Origin: Octopus vulgaris
Taxonomy: Eukaryota
Reading direction: 5' to 3'
NCBI GenBank assembly: GCA_951406725.2
Contig: OX597840.1
Coordinates: 32,612,001 to 32,676,000, forward strand
DNA length: 64,000 bases
In this document: positions 10,901 to 23,924 of the stretch, piece by piece
Position numbering within the stretch: position 1 is the first letter of the stretch
Layout: every line of letters begins with the position of its first letter
The notes under the pieces: model-generated
What the model was told of the DNA's origin: nothing
What the model saw: the letters and a program-made list of their open reading frames with translations, nothing else
Databases searched by the model: none
Made by a program: the position numbers and the translations under genes

Positions 10901-13605
10901 GAATTTAGGAAATATTCATATATATATACACACACACACCCAAGCAACACATATATACACACACGATATACATACATTCATGTATCATCATCATCATCAT
11001 CATCATCGTTTAACGTCCGTTTTCCATGCTTGCATGGGTTGGATGGTTCGACTGGGGATCTGGGGAGCCTGGAGGCTGCACCAGGCTCCAGTCTGATCTG
11101 GCAGCGTTTCTACAGATGGATGCCCTTCCTAACACCAACCACTCTGTGAGTATAGTCGGTGCTTTTTATGTGCCACCGGCACAGGTGCTAGGGGAGGCTG
11201 GCAACGGCCACGATCAGTTGGTGAAATATATATATATATATACTCAGACACATAGGTATATATGCCTATATCAGGTGATAAGGAACCATAACAACATATC
11301 TTGATTCCAAACCAAAATATAAAAATTCCAATATACACATGTATGCGTGCACATGCACACACACACACACACAAACACACACAAATTCTTTGCCAGCCAT
11401 CAAGCAAAATCATATTAACAGCTGATTGATCAAAATTAAAGTGAACTTAGACTCAAGGCTTGCTCTATAATTGTTCAATGTGTGTGATTTGACAGAGGTT
11501 TTGGCTGTTGTTTCTAGCAAAGGAATTTCGCAAGCAGGGACTCTGTTGAAGGCTTTTTCCAGGTCATGTTCTTTCTTCTCGAGCCATGCCTGGCTCATTA
11601 GGGCCGGTTTCCCGCTTTCTTTGGCGTATAGGTGCCCCACCTGGACGGGACACCGGTCCATCGCAGGTGAGCTGCAAGATGCAGGAGGAAAGAGTGAGAG
11701 AAAGTTGTGGCGAAAGAGGTGCAGGAGTAGCTGTGTGGTAAGTAGCTTGCTTACCAACCACATGGTTCCGGGTTCAGTCCCACTGCATGGCAACTTGGGC
11801 AAGTGTCTTCTGCTATAGCCTCGGGCCGACCAAAGCCTTGTGAGTGGATTTGGTAGACAGAAACTGAAAGAAGCCTGTCATATATATGTATATATATATA
11901 TATATGTATGTGTGTGTATATGTTTGCGTGTCTGTGTTTGTCCCCCTAGCATTGCTTGACAACCGATGCTGGTGTGTTTACGTCCCAGTCACTTAGCGGT
12001 TCGGCAAAAGTGACCGATAGAATAAGTACTAGGCTTACAAGGAATAAGTCTCGGGGTCGATTTGCTTGATTAAAGGCGGTGCTCCAGCATGGCCGCAATC
12101 AAATGACTGACACAAGTAAAAGAGAAAGAGAGTGTCAACAGAAGTACGCCATTACCTTCTGCCGGAGCCGCGTCGAGCTTAGATGTTTCGCTCATAAACA
12201 CACACATCACCCGGTCTGAGATTCGAACCCACAATCCCTCGACTGCGAGTTCGCTGCTCTAACCACTAGGCCATGCGCCTCCACCAGGTCATGCTCATTG
12301 CTCCTGTGCATCTTCTGCATACAAGTATTACTTTCTCCATCAGCATTCCTGTGACCCCAGTGCACTTCTTGTGTACTAACCCCAACCCACCTAGTCGCAA
12401 TAATACAACCCTTAGAAGCCCCACCTGACTCAATAATACCAACCTTAAATAATACTACTGATATGATTGCATATATCAGTGGCCATCCCTCCTCCCAATC
12501 CAACACTAGTATTCATAATGTCCCCTGCTCTTCTCTACTGGTAACTAACCATACAAATTTGATGTTAGGTGCAGGAGTGGCTGTGTGGTAAGTAGCTTGC
12601 TTACCAACCACAGACAGAAACGTTAGCACGCCGGGTGAAATGCTTAGCAATATTTCGTCTGTCGTTACGTTCTGAGTTCAAATTCCGCCGAGGTCGACTT
12701 TGCCTTTCATCCTTTCGGGGTCGATAAATTAAGTACCAGTTACACACTGGTGTCGATGTAATCGACTTAATCTCTTTGTCTGTCCTTGTTTGTCCCCTCT
12801 ATGTTTAGCCCCTTGTAGGCAATAAGAAATAAGTACTTTGCTTACCAACCACATGGTTCTGTGTTCAGTCCCACTGCGTGGCACCTTGGGCAAGTGTCTT
12901 CTGTTATAGCCTCGGGCCGACCAAAGCCTTGTGAGTGGATTTGGTAGACGGAAACTGAAAGAAACCTGTCGTATATATGTATATGTATATATATGTATGT
13001 GTATTTGTGTGTCTGTGTTTGTCCCCCCACCCCCAACATCACTTGTAACAATGATAGACATAAACCAAATCATAAATAAAAAATAAAATATATTTTTATC
13101 AAACATATATAACTAGATCACAATATACTTTTTGTGATCTAGTACTGGATACATTGAAGCTCCAACATTTGGTAACTGACTTGGTAACACCCACAAAATT
13201 ATTAACCATCATACCAACAACTACCTTGAGCTCCATGTGTCTAACACACCTGGGTGTACCTACAAAGTCAGAAAACAGCACAGCTCCCATGACTTTTGGA
13301 AACATTTTTTCATACTCGGAGTTGCTGAAGCATGGAACAAACTACCTGCATCAGTTGTTATCTGCTGAGATATAGCATCCTTTAAAACTTCCATGCTTCC
13401 TGAAATTCACCAACACTACACTTCATATCCCCCGCCTCCATACGCATGTACACATGTATATCGTGACTCATACACTGTTCACTTTCTTGACTTTTGTACA
13501 TAATTCTATGTACTGTTTTATGAAAATATATTTTATTTTTTATTTGTGATCAGGTTTATGTCTACCATTGTTTGAATTACATAATAGTGGTTTGTTTCTT
13601 TAATT

Positions 13606-13675
<70 letters not shown>

Positions 13676-13886
13676 CTGTATTTATATAATAGTGACCATT
13701 ATTATCAAATAAAAGAATAAAGAGATACAAAGACACGTCAAGAACATAATGTTATTTATTGATTATTTTATTATAATGGTTTGAGACAAAGAGCTGTGTG
13801 TTTCATTCATTACAACTTGCATAACAAGTTGAAGCACGTAAGGGCAATCATAGTGAAGGCTATAGAAACATCTAGACTACAGGAGG

Positions 13887-14905
13887 AATTTCAACCATGT
13901 TTTGTGGTCTGCTATCACAACAGCTCCTTTATAGGATCCAGTTAGCTCAAGACATCACCAGGGCCGTCACTAAGCCCTTGCAACCCCTGTGGTTGAGGGG
14001 CCTCATGTTAACTCAAAGCACGTAGATGAGCCATCTATTTACTTTGGTTAAAATGTTGAAACAGAATTAAACGATGTTAACTGAAAATTTTCAAGAAATA
14101 AAATAGGGGGTAATTTCAACTGTGTTTCGTGGTCTGCTATCACAACAGCTCCTTTATAGGGTCTAGTTAGCTCAAGACAGTACCAGGACCGTCGCTAAGC
14201 CCTTGCAACCCCTGTGGTCGCAGCGGGGGGGCCTTCGCGGTTGAGGGGCCTCATGTTAAAATCAAAGCACGTAGATGAGCCATGTATTTACTTTGGTTAA
14301 AATATTGAAAGAGAATTAAACGGTGTTAACTGAAAATTTCAAGAAATAAAATAGGGGGGAATTTCGACTGTGTTTCGTGGTCTGCTACCACAACAGCTCC
14401 TTTATAGGATCCAGTTAGCTCAAGACATCACCAGGGCCGTCACTAAGCCCTTGCAACCCCTGTGGTTGAGGGGCCTCGTGTTAACTCAAAGCACGTAGAT
14501 GAGCCATGTATTTACTTTGGTTAAAATACTGAAACAGAATTAAACGATGTTAACTGAAAATTTCAAGAAATAAAATAGGGGGGAATTTCAACTGTGTTTT
14601 GTGGTCTGCTACCACAACAGGTCCTTTATAGGATCCAGTTAGCTCAAGACATCACCAGGGCCGTCACTAAGCCCTTGCAACCCCTGTGGTCGCAGGAGGG
14701 CCTTCACGGTTGAGGGGCCTCATGTTAAACTCAAAGCACGTAGATGAGCCATGTATTTACTTTTGTTAAAATGTTGAAACGGAATTAAACGATGTTAACT
14801 GAAAATTTTCAAGAAATAAAATAGGGGGTAATTTCAACTGTGTTTCGTGGTCTGCTACCACAACAGCTCCTTTATAGGATCCAGTTAGCTCAAGACATCA
14901 CCAGG
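13887..14905. repeat. Tandem repeat, ~225-250-bp unit, 4+ copies
   Basis: Units start AATTTCAACTGTGTTTCGTGGTCTGCTA at ~13887, 14112, 14360, 14584, 14830; long and short variants alternate. Confidence 0.9.
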
Positions 14906-15847
14906 AGGAACCATGTCTGGTTTCGGCCCCTACTCCTCTACTGTTTTGAAATGGCAGGGCCCCCCTCTTTCGGAGGTGTCTTCAGCTCTGGTGTTGGGTG
15001 CATGTCTTCTTTCTTCTTCTTTCTTCTGTTCCCTGGCCTCTTCGATGTAGTGTCAACGAGTGTCAGTGTGCGACTGACTGTCTTGTCAAATTTTTTCCTT
15101 TAAATACCTGCAGCTAGGCTCCAGCAGGCAGCCCCAGCAAGTAGTCACATGACACTGTTCAAAACGTGAGTTAAAAAATCTCTGTATTTATAAATCATGC
15201 TGCACAAAGGAGAGTTAAAGTCATATTCAAAATGTTCAAGTGTACTTGGATGTGTGAAGGTCTTCTGATGCTGAGGTAGTCTCAGGAGAAAATTCCTTTC
15301 TTGGATCATCAACATCATCATCAACCTTTAGCATCCGCTTTCCATGCTGGGATTGGTTAGACAGTTGCACTGGAACTGGTAAGCCGGAGTCCTATACAAG
15401 GCCCCAGTTTGATTTTGGCTTGCTTTTTATAGCCGGATGCCCTTCCTGATGCCAACCACGCCAAGAGTGCAGTGGGATGTGCCACTGGCAGGTGTGCTCT
15501 TACATGTTAACAGCACAGGTGCTTTTACGTGTCACTGGCTTGGGTACCGCTATGTGTCGCTGGTATGGGTACCTTGACATACCACCAGCACAGTTGCTTC
15601 TATGTGCCACCGTCATGAGTGGCTTTATGTGTCACTAGCACTGGCCACAACTACAATTTCACTTGGCAAAACAGGTCTCCACAAGGACAGCAAATCGTTA
15701 AAGGACTTGATCGCTTGTCATCATCTTTCTAAGACCCAACATTTAAAGATCATGCTTCACCACCTCATTCCATGTCTTCTACAGGTCCCTGCCATAGAGA
15801 TCAGCACTTCTTTATGCAGCTGTCATCAACCAATTTTCCTATAAATA

Positions 15848-15882
<35 letters not shown>

Positions 15883-16290
15883 GTATATGTATATATATAT
15901 ACGAGCAAAACGCCCCCGTCTAATGGAAGGTGCTGAGTTGTCAAACATTTAAACCAAATTTTCTCAAAACAACTTGTCCAACCGTCCCATAGGCCTCCCC
16001 TTTGAGAAACACTGATTTAACCTAAATTTAAGACACCAGCAAAAGAAGAAATAGTAATTTTTTTCAAGACTTATACACGCCCTGATACCGTCGGTATCTA
16101 CATATCAAATTTGAGCGCAATCGGATGGAGGATGCCCGAGATCCTAGAAGACACACACACAGACAGACAGAACGGATTTTATATAATAGATATATATATA
16201 GGGAAAGTTTATGAAAAAAACAAAAGACGAAGACAGGTGGTGTACAAAACAAACAGATGTATTAGTATAACGCTCAGGAATTGAAAAAGT

Positions 16291-16326
16291 CTTTTACGTT
16301 TCGAGCCTATGCTCTTCTACAGAAAG
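16291..16326 (-). ncRNA. Hammerhead-like motif with variant core CTGTAGA, in a dispersed repeat
   Basis: Reverse complement reads CTTT-CTGTAGA-A-GAGC-ATAG-GCTC-GAAA-CG-TA^AAAG; related copies at 21934-21969 and 260-292. Confidence 0.5.
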
Positions 16327-16392
16327 GGACACAGAAATAAACAAGGAGAGAAAAAAAATGTGTGTAGTGGCTAACGATATATCATGGCGATG

Positions 16393-16431
<39 letters not shown>

Positions 16432-16638
16432 TTATATAAATAAGGATATGATTGTTAATTTAAATATCAATCTTATCAAGTGGTCAGCATGGGAATAAAA
16501 ACCTTCAAAGGTAATAATTATTATTAAAATTATAATTTAGGGTATCTAAGAGATACCACCACGCTTGAAATAGCAGCCAAAACTTGACTCTAAATCCACA
16601 CACACACACATATATATATTTACATATCCTTCTCAGAT

Positions 16639-16697
16639 ATGACGAATCAACAATGGTACAAAGACAGGTCCAGTGCTTTGAAGAAGATGAAAGCGAA
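16639..16697 (+). CDS. ZBBX: ZBBX coding exon 1 (MTNQQWYKDRSSALKKMKA)
   Basis: Acceptor ttctcag|AT ATG; donor AA|gtaagt; phase 2 fits the next exon. Confidence 0.7.
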
Positions 16698-17100
16698 GTA
16701 AGTATTTTTTTTCTTAATTTTTGCTATTTTTTTTATTGCTGTTTCTATGGCAATGGATTGGGCAGAATTGATTAAACATCAGGCAAAATGCTTAGAGGTA
16801 TTTAATATAAAAGGAATTAAGACAGGCGACTTTATCTCTGGCCACAACTTACGATCATTTTTTTTCCTTTCATTTGAAAAGGAAGCTGTGGCTGGAGAAG
16901 AGGGGTCTGTCGGAGTGTACGTTCCAAAAGAGATGAAAGCATGTTGCACGAGTGTTGTGCGTGCAAGGATCTGTGTGAATAGATGGAAAAAAAAAGAAGA
17001 AAAAGGTACCAGCGGTAGATCGGGGCTTGTGGGGTCGGAGCATGGCCTGATCATTGCTTCATTTGTATTGTTTTTGTATTGTTAATTCCATTCGATTTTT

Positions 17101-17544
17101 GGCGATCTTTCGTCTCTAGTAGACCTTTCCGTCGATTTCCGTAAAAAATTTTTTTTTTTACATATGGGCTTGCGGGAACTTTTGAAGTAATATACATACA
17201 TATACACATACACCGAGTAAAAAATTTCACTTATCTCTCTCTTTCACACATTACTCTGTCTCTTCACACACACACTAACAGAAGCACTTCACTTACACAA
17301 CATACTGTCTGTCTCCCACACCCCATCAAACACACACACACACACACGCACGCACACACACACATGTACATCAATGCTTGCCATGCACGGTAACTTCAAA
17401 AGAACTTCCCTCGTCATACAATCACTTTCTCTTAGTCTCTTTCGCTCTCATTACTTCAAAAGTTCCCGCAAGCCCATATGTAAAAAAAAAAAAAATTTTT
17501 TTACAGAAATCGACGGAAAGGTCTACTAGAGACGAAAGATCGCC
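17101..17544. mobile_element. MITE with ~90-bp TIRs and 8-bp TSD (Merlin-like GGNRM terminus)
   Basis: CGATTTTT|GGCGATCTTTCG...CGAAAGATCGCC|CGATTTTT; an oppositely oriented copy lies at 6011-6435. Confidence 0.85.
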
Positions 17545-18147
17545 CGATTTTTATATATTGTATCTAAATTTTTAAAGTCACATTATATGTAAAATCATAT
17601 TGCTTCACTGATCCCATCAGTTGTTCTGTCCATTTCTATGTTTAGCCCCCGGTGGGCAATAAAGAAATTGGTATTTAATTGCTTTCTTTTCAAGATGGAC
17701 ATTGCCGTTTTATTCTTCTGGAAACAATAGTTAAGAAGTCTTATTGTTCCATGATGAAATTCCAGGGTTGGTTCCATTGCTTGGCATCTTTGAAGCAGGT
17801 CGGTCCAAGCCTTTTCTTGGTTAAATCTGGACGACTCTGTAGAAGTTGGGAGAAATGGCATTGAGTGTTCTATCCGAGGAACTACCAATTCTGACCACTC
17901 ATTTGAAATGGAATTGGGGTTTGTGTTTCCACAAAAATGACCATTCCAAGATGCAACACACACAAACGCACACACACACATATGCATGCATGTATATATG
18001 TATGTATGTATGTATCAATATATATATATATATATAAAATACAAATAAGAAATTGGAGAAACAAATTCAGTTTGTTCATCAATTTACGGATATTAAAATG
18101 TTAGATTATTTATTCATTTTACAAATGAGAACATCAAAAGCATACAA

Positions 18148-18223
<76 letters not shown>

Positions 18224-18351
18224 CATGTATGTATATGTAAACAAATATATACATATATATGTGTGTGTGTATGTGTATATATATATATGTAGATGTATAT
18301 ATATATATATATGTGTGTGTATATATATATATATACACATCTATATATATA

Positions 18352-18400
<49 letters not shown>

Positions 18401-18537
18401 TGTGTGTGTGTGTGTGTGTGTGTGTAGTTATGTGTGTGTGTAGTCAATTCAAATTTAAAAAAACCTAAAAAACAAACGTGAAGACGTGTACAAGAAATGT
18501 ATTAACTGGACACTCAGTGAAAGGAGAAAGTTTTATA

Positions 18538-18579
<42 letters not shown>

Positions 18580-18660
18580 GTATACACACACACACATGCA
18601 TTTGTAGATTTATATAATTTATAAAGTTATGCTGTGTAAGAGAGTAATTTTGCATTTCAG

Positions 18661-18771
18661 GACTTTAGGAATAATGGGAGCTGGTTTTATTGCTGACGTG
18701 GAAACCAGGAATATGGAAGAACGACTGAATGTGATGAAAACGGCAATAGAAAGGGACAAGGAAGAGCGGAA
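18661..18771 (+). CDS. ZBBX: ZBBX coding exon 2 (...VETRNMEERLNVMKTAIERDKEER)
   Basis: tttcag| ... |gtgagt; resembles the ZBBX N-terminal coiled coil ([23 protein letters not shown], from recall). Confidence 0.85.
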
Positions 18772-18984
18772 GTGAGTTGGCAGTTTCCTTTTTTTTTTTT
18801 GTTGAGTTAATCATATCAGTGAGTGGGGGGGTGCGCATTGATGCCGTCGAGAGGTAGGCCCCGAAACGGCGCGCATTCTCTCCTGATGACCCCATACACT
18901 TGCTAGCTTCCGATATACGGAGTTCTCAACTGGTAGCACTTGCATGTGCAAGTTGTTTGCAAGATATCTTGAATCATAAATTTC

Positions 18985-19630
18985 GGTGGCACGTAAAAAG
19001 CATCGTCCAAACGTGGCTGATGCCAGTGCCACCTGACTGGTGTCTGTGTCAGTGACAGGTAAAAAGCACCAACTGATTGTGGATGTTTGCCAGCCTCCTC
19101 TGGCCCCTGTGCCGGTGGCACGTAAAAAGCACCATCCGATTGTGGCCGTTTGCCAGCCTCTTCTGGCCCTGTGCTGGTGGCACGTAAAAAGCACCATCCG
19201 ATCGTGGCTGTTTGCCAGCCTCCTCCGGCCCCTGTGCAAGTGACTCGTAAAATGCACCATCCGATCGTGGCTGTTTGTCAGCCTCCTCTGGCCCCTGTGC
19301 TGGTGGCACGTAAAAGCACCATCCGATCGTGGCTGTTTGCCAGCCTCCTCCGGGCCCCTGTGCCGGTGGCACGTAAAAAGCACCATCCGATCGTGGCTGT
19401 TTGCCAGCCTCCTCTGGCCCCTGTGCTGGTGGCACGTAAAAGCACCATCCGATTGTGGCCGTTGCCTGCCTCCTCTGGCCCCTGTGCCGGTGGCAAGTAA
19501 AAAGCACAATCCGATTGTGACTGTTTGCCAGCCTCCTCTGGCCCCAGTGCCAGTGGCACGTAAAAAGCACCATCTGATCGTGGTTGTTTGCCAGCCTCGT
19601 CTGGTACCTATGTCATTGGCACGTAAAAAG
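18985..19630. repeat. ~57-bp tandem array (~11 units) expanded inside an RTE 3' UTR
   Basis: Unit GTGGCACGTAAAAAGCACCATCCGATCGTGGCTGTTTGCCAGCCTCCTCTGGCCCCTGTGCC; explains the overlapping repetitive ORFs. Confidence 0.9.
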
Positions 19631-20034
19631 CATCCACTACACTCACGGAGTGGTTGGCATTAGGAAGGGCATCCAGCTGTAGAAACACTGCCAGATCAGA
19701 CTGGGCCTGGTGCAGCCTCCTGGCTTCCCAGACCCTGGTCGAACCGTCCAACCCATGCTAGCATGGAAAACGGATGTTAAACGATGATGATGGTGATGAT
19801 GCCATGCTTAAAAAAAAAAGGTACTACTGTTGATTCATTCGGCTAAAATCTTTTCAAGGCGGGGCCCCAGCATGGCTACAGTCTAATGACTGAATCGAGT
19901 GAAACCCAGGGACACAATGCATTGCCAGGAATTGAACTCATGACCATAAGATTGTGACCCAGACACCCTTACCACTAAGCCACGAGCCTTCACTCTTTTT
20001 TCTTATATTTTTTGTCGTAATTTTTTTTTTCCAG

Positions 20035-20125
20035 AAAGCGAGGCGGCCTTTACTGGACATCAGGTCAAAAGGGTAAACTGAATAAATATGCAGATAAAAT
20101 TCTAACAGCACCCAATTACAAAATG
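20035..20125 (+). CDS. ZBBX: ZBBX coding exon 3 (KRGGLYWTSGQKGKLNKYADKILTAPNYKM)
   Basis: polyT-ccag| ... |gtaagg; YWTSGQKGKL matches the ZBBX YWKSGKVGKL motif. Confidence 0.88.
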
Positions 20126-21203
20126 GTAAGGGTCTAAACGATATTTGTCATCGTCATCATCATCATCATCATTATCATCATTTTTATCAACCCCATCACT
20201 GCCATCTTCATTGTCACCATATAGATGTACACCCATCTATCATCTATCATCATCATCATCGTCGTCGTTTAACGTCCGTTCTCCACACTAGCATGGGTTG
20301 GACGGTTTGACCGGGGTCTGTGAAGCCAGAAGGCTGCACCAGGCTCCAGTCTGATCTGGCAGTGTTTCTACAGCTGGATGCCCTTGCTAATGCCAACCAC
20401 TCCGTGAGTGTAGCGTGTGCTTTTTACGTGCCACTGGCACAGGTGCCAGGTGAGGCTGGCAATGGCCACAATCGGTTGGTGCTTTTTATGTGCCACTGGC
20501 ACAGGTTCCAGGCGAGGCAGCGCTGGCAACAGCCACATTGTGATGGTTCTCTTACGTGCCACCGGCACTGGTATCACAACTGCAATTTCCATTGATTTTT
20601 GATCGATTTCGATTTCACTTGCCTCAACAGGTCTTCGCAAGCTGAGTTTTGTGTCCCAAGAAGGAAAGGTATGCATAAGTGGACTGGCTACATCCCATGT
20701 AGAGGCCACGGGTTATGGTCTCACTTGTCCTACTGGGTCTTCTCACGCACATGCATATATATCATTGTCAGCATCATTTACTGTCCGTTTTCCAATCTGG
20801 CATGGGTTGGACGGTGTGACAGGAGCTGGTGACCCAGAGGGCTGCACCAGGCTTCATTTGTTCTGTTTTGGCATGGTTTCTAAGGCTGGATGCCCTTCCT
20901 AATGCCCCAGCCACTTTACAGAGTATGTATATATATGTATGTGCGAATGTGAGTGAGGGTGTGTGGATGTGTATATGTGTATATATAAATATATATATAT
21001 GTCCCTTTTTAAAGTAGAAGAAATAGCTAAGGTCTTTGGCTGCTATTTCTAAACTTCGGTATGTGGTAAGCAAATCTTTGCTGAACCCTAATTATCAAAT
21101 ATTACTTAAGTTTACCATGAAATGGTCCTTTTTTCATGCAGAATTCTACTTGGTGAAATTATTGATTACTTCTTAATTAATTAATTTTACCCTCTGTTAA
21201 TAT

Positions 21204-21243
<40 letters not shown>

Positions 21244-21558
21244 CGTCCTTGATGCCCTTTTCAAGCCTAGCCAGGCTCATGGGCCCGGTTTCCCAGTTTC
21301 TGTGACGTATGTGTTCCCCCCAGCTTGACGGGACGCCAGTCCATCGCAGCGTTACTCAAGAAACAGGAAGAGAGAGTGAGAGAAAGTTGTGGTGAAAGAG
21401 TACAACAGGGGTCACCACCACCCCCTGCCAGAGCCTCGTGGAGCTTTAGGTGTTTTCGCTCAATAAACACACACAATGCCCGGTCTGGGAATCGAAACCA
21501 CAATCTTCCGACCATGAGTCCACTTGCCCTAACCACTGGGCCATTGCGCCTCCATACT

Positions 21559-21590
<32 letters not shown>

Positions 21591-22401
21591 AGGTATACTT
21601 GCCATCTCAATATGGCTAACCACTAAGAGTGGGTGTTACTGTAGCTTGTAGCCCCAGGAGAACACTGTCTCCAGCTGGCTATTGACACACTTTCTGTGGA
21701 GACGGTGTTCTCCTGGGGCTACAAGCTACAGTAACACCCACCCTTAGTGGTTAGCTATATTGAGATGGTAAATATACTTCACATTGTCGTGCAGTTACTG
21801 TTTATACCTCGTTCGGAGATTTATTATTGCTATATATATATATAGTTGAAATTTACAAAAAAACAAAAGACAAAGACAGGTGTATAAACAACAAACAGGT
21901 GTATTAGCTTAATGCTTGGGAATGTGAGAAAATCTTATACATTTCGAGCCTGCACTCTTCAACAGAAAGGAACATGAGGAAATAAACAGAGAAAGAATAA
22001 AAAAGGCTTTAGTGGCAGGTGGTCAATCATGATGGCTGGCTGGACAGAGGTGGTCAGACAGGAGCACTAGGAAGAAGGGGAGATAATAAAGTAGGGGGAT
22101 CCCAAAATGAAGTTGTGCATGTGGATAGGGGCTAGTTACCTTGACGTGTGGATATGTAGGTATGTGGATGAAGGCATGGGTGCTGGGAAGTGGTCAGTGC
22201 TAGTGTGTGTAGGGTGCTGTGATGTGGTCTGGTGTGGCATGATGTGGTGTGGTATGTGGTGTGGTGTTGTTGAAGTGTGGTGAAAATCACTGTATACAAT
22301 AATTTTATTATTATTATTATTATTATTATTATGGAAATATTTGCATTTTTGCCTGTTTTAAACGTTTTTCTGCTTGTTTTCCTTTTTACTTCTTTTGGCA
22401 G

Positions 22402-22438
22402 ATGAAGAACTTGAGATTGCTAACGGACGAAAAAGTTG
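22402..22438 (+). CDS. ZBBX: ZBBX coding exon 4 (MKNLRLLTDEKV)
   Basis: ttggcag| ... G|gtaagt; phases 0 to 1 fit both neighbours. Confidence 0.8.
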
Positions 22439-22952
22439 GTAAGTACAGCCATCGACTTTGTCATTGCTGTCATCATTATCATTCTCCTCCACCTCTGTGT
22501 CCTCCTCCTCCTCCCCTACCTCTGCGTCATCTTCCTCCCTCTGCCTCCTCCTCCGCTCTGCTCTGCCTTCTCTGCTCGCTCCCCCTCCTCTGCTCGCTAC
22601 CCTTCCTCTTCTACCCCCTTTCCCTCCTCTTCTGCCTTCTTCCCCTCCTTTTCTTCTCCCTTTCCCCTCCTCTACTTCCTCCTCCTCATCTTCTGCACTG
22701 TCATCCTCATGACTATGACGATGATGATTGTCGTTATCATTACCACCACCACCACCACCACCACCACCATCATCATCATCACCACTTTCCTCCTCCCCCC
22801 CCATCGTAATCATCCTCACCATCCTCACCATCATCATCATCCTCACATCACCATGCTAGTTATCTTCTCCCCATGTAACACCAACACATCATTCTATCAA
22901 CTCCAACATTTCATTTACAATTATTTATGCTTTCAGTTTGTTTTATTTATAA

Positions 22953-23770
22953 ATCTTCTCCTTCTCCTCCTCCTCCTCCTCCTCCTTCTTCTTCTTCTCT
23001 TTCTTCCTCTTCTCCTCCTTCTCCTTTTTCTCCTCCTTCTTCTTCTCCTTCTCCTCCTCCTTCTCCTTCTTCTTCTTCTTCTCCTCCTCCTCCTCCTTCT
23101 TCTCCTTCTCCTCCTCCTCCTCCTCTTTCTTCCTCTTCTCCTCCTCCTTTTTCTCCTCCTTCTTCTCCTTCTCCTCCTCCTCCTTCTTCTTTTCCTCCTC
23201 CTTCTTCTTCTCCTTCTCCTCCTCCTCCTCCTCCTCCTTCTTCTTCTTCTCTTTCTTCCTCTTCTCCTCCTTCTCCTTTTTCTCCTCCTTCTTCTTCTCC
23301 TTCTCCTCCTCCTTCTCCTTCTTCTTCTCCTCCTCCTCCTTCTTCTCCTTCTCCTCCTCCTCCTCCTTCTTCTCTTTCTTCCTCTTCTCCTCCTCCTTTT
23401 TCTCCTCCTTCTTCTCCTTCTCCTCCTCCTCCTTCTTCTTCTTTTCCTCCTCCTTCTTCTCCTTCTCCTCCTCTTCCTCCTCCTTCTTCCTCTTCTCCTC
23501 CTTCTCCTTTTTCTCCTCCTTCTTCTTCTCCTCCTCCTCCTTCCTTCTCTTTCTTCTTCTTCTTCTCCTTTTTCTCCTCCTCCTTCTTCTTCTTCTTCTT
23601 CTTCTCCTCCTCCTTCCTTCTCTTTCTTCTCCTCCTCCTTCTTCTCATTCTCCTTCTTCTTCTCTCCTCCTCCTCCTTCTCCATCTTCTTCTTCTTCTTC
23701 TTCTATCTTCTTCTTCATTCTTCTTCTTCTTCTATCTTCTCCTTCTTCTATCTTCTCCTCCTTCTTCTTC
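22953..23770. repeat. ~820-bp (CCT/CTT)n polypyrimidine tract
   Basis: Almost purely C/T on the + strand. Confidence 0.95.
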
Positions 23771-23784
23771 ATGTTCCACCACAG

Positions 23785-23924
23785 AACTGCCAGAAAGGTA
23801 TCCGTCTGGTAACTTATCCCAAAAACTGAGCAACATAACCAACTGGACCGGATCTCGGAAAGAGACATCTAGCAGCAAACACGGCAAACAATGTGGACAG
23901 TGTGAAGTCAACAAAGCAGATTTC
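23785..23924 (+). CDS. ZBBX: ZBBX coding exon 5, start of B-box (HGKQCGQCEVNKADF)
   Basis: cacag| ... |gtaaga; CGQCE motif as in ZBBX GKVCGQCENKAA. Confidence 0.9.

Noticed and set aside
18106-18468. YI/CV/HT-repeat ORFs here and throughout the window
   Set aside because: Translations of dinucleotide microsatellites.
18985-19630. CRISPR-like regular repeats
   Set aside because: No unique spacers; eukaryotic RTE 3'-UTR tandem expansion.
22358-23868. Long ORFs (poly-L/P/S/R/E, up to 458 aa)
   Set aside because: Stop-free frames of a (CCT/CTT)n microsatellite inside a ZBBX intron.
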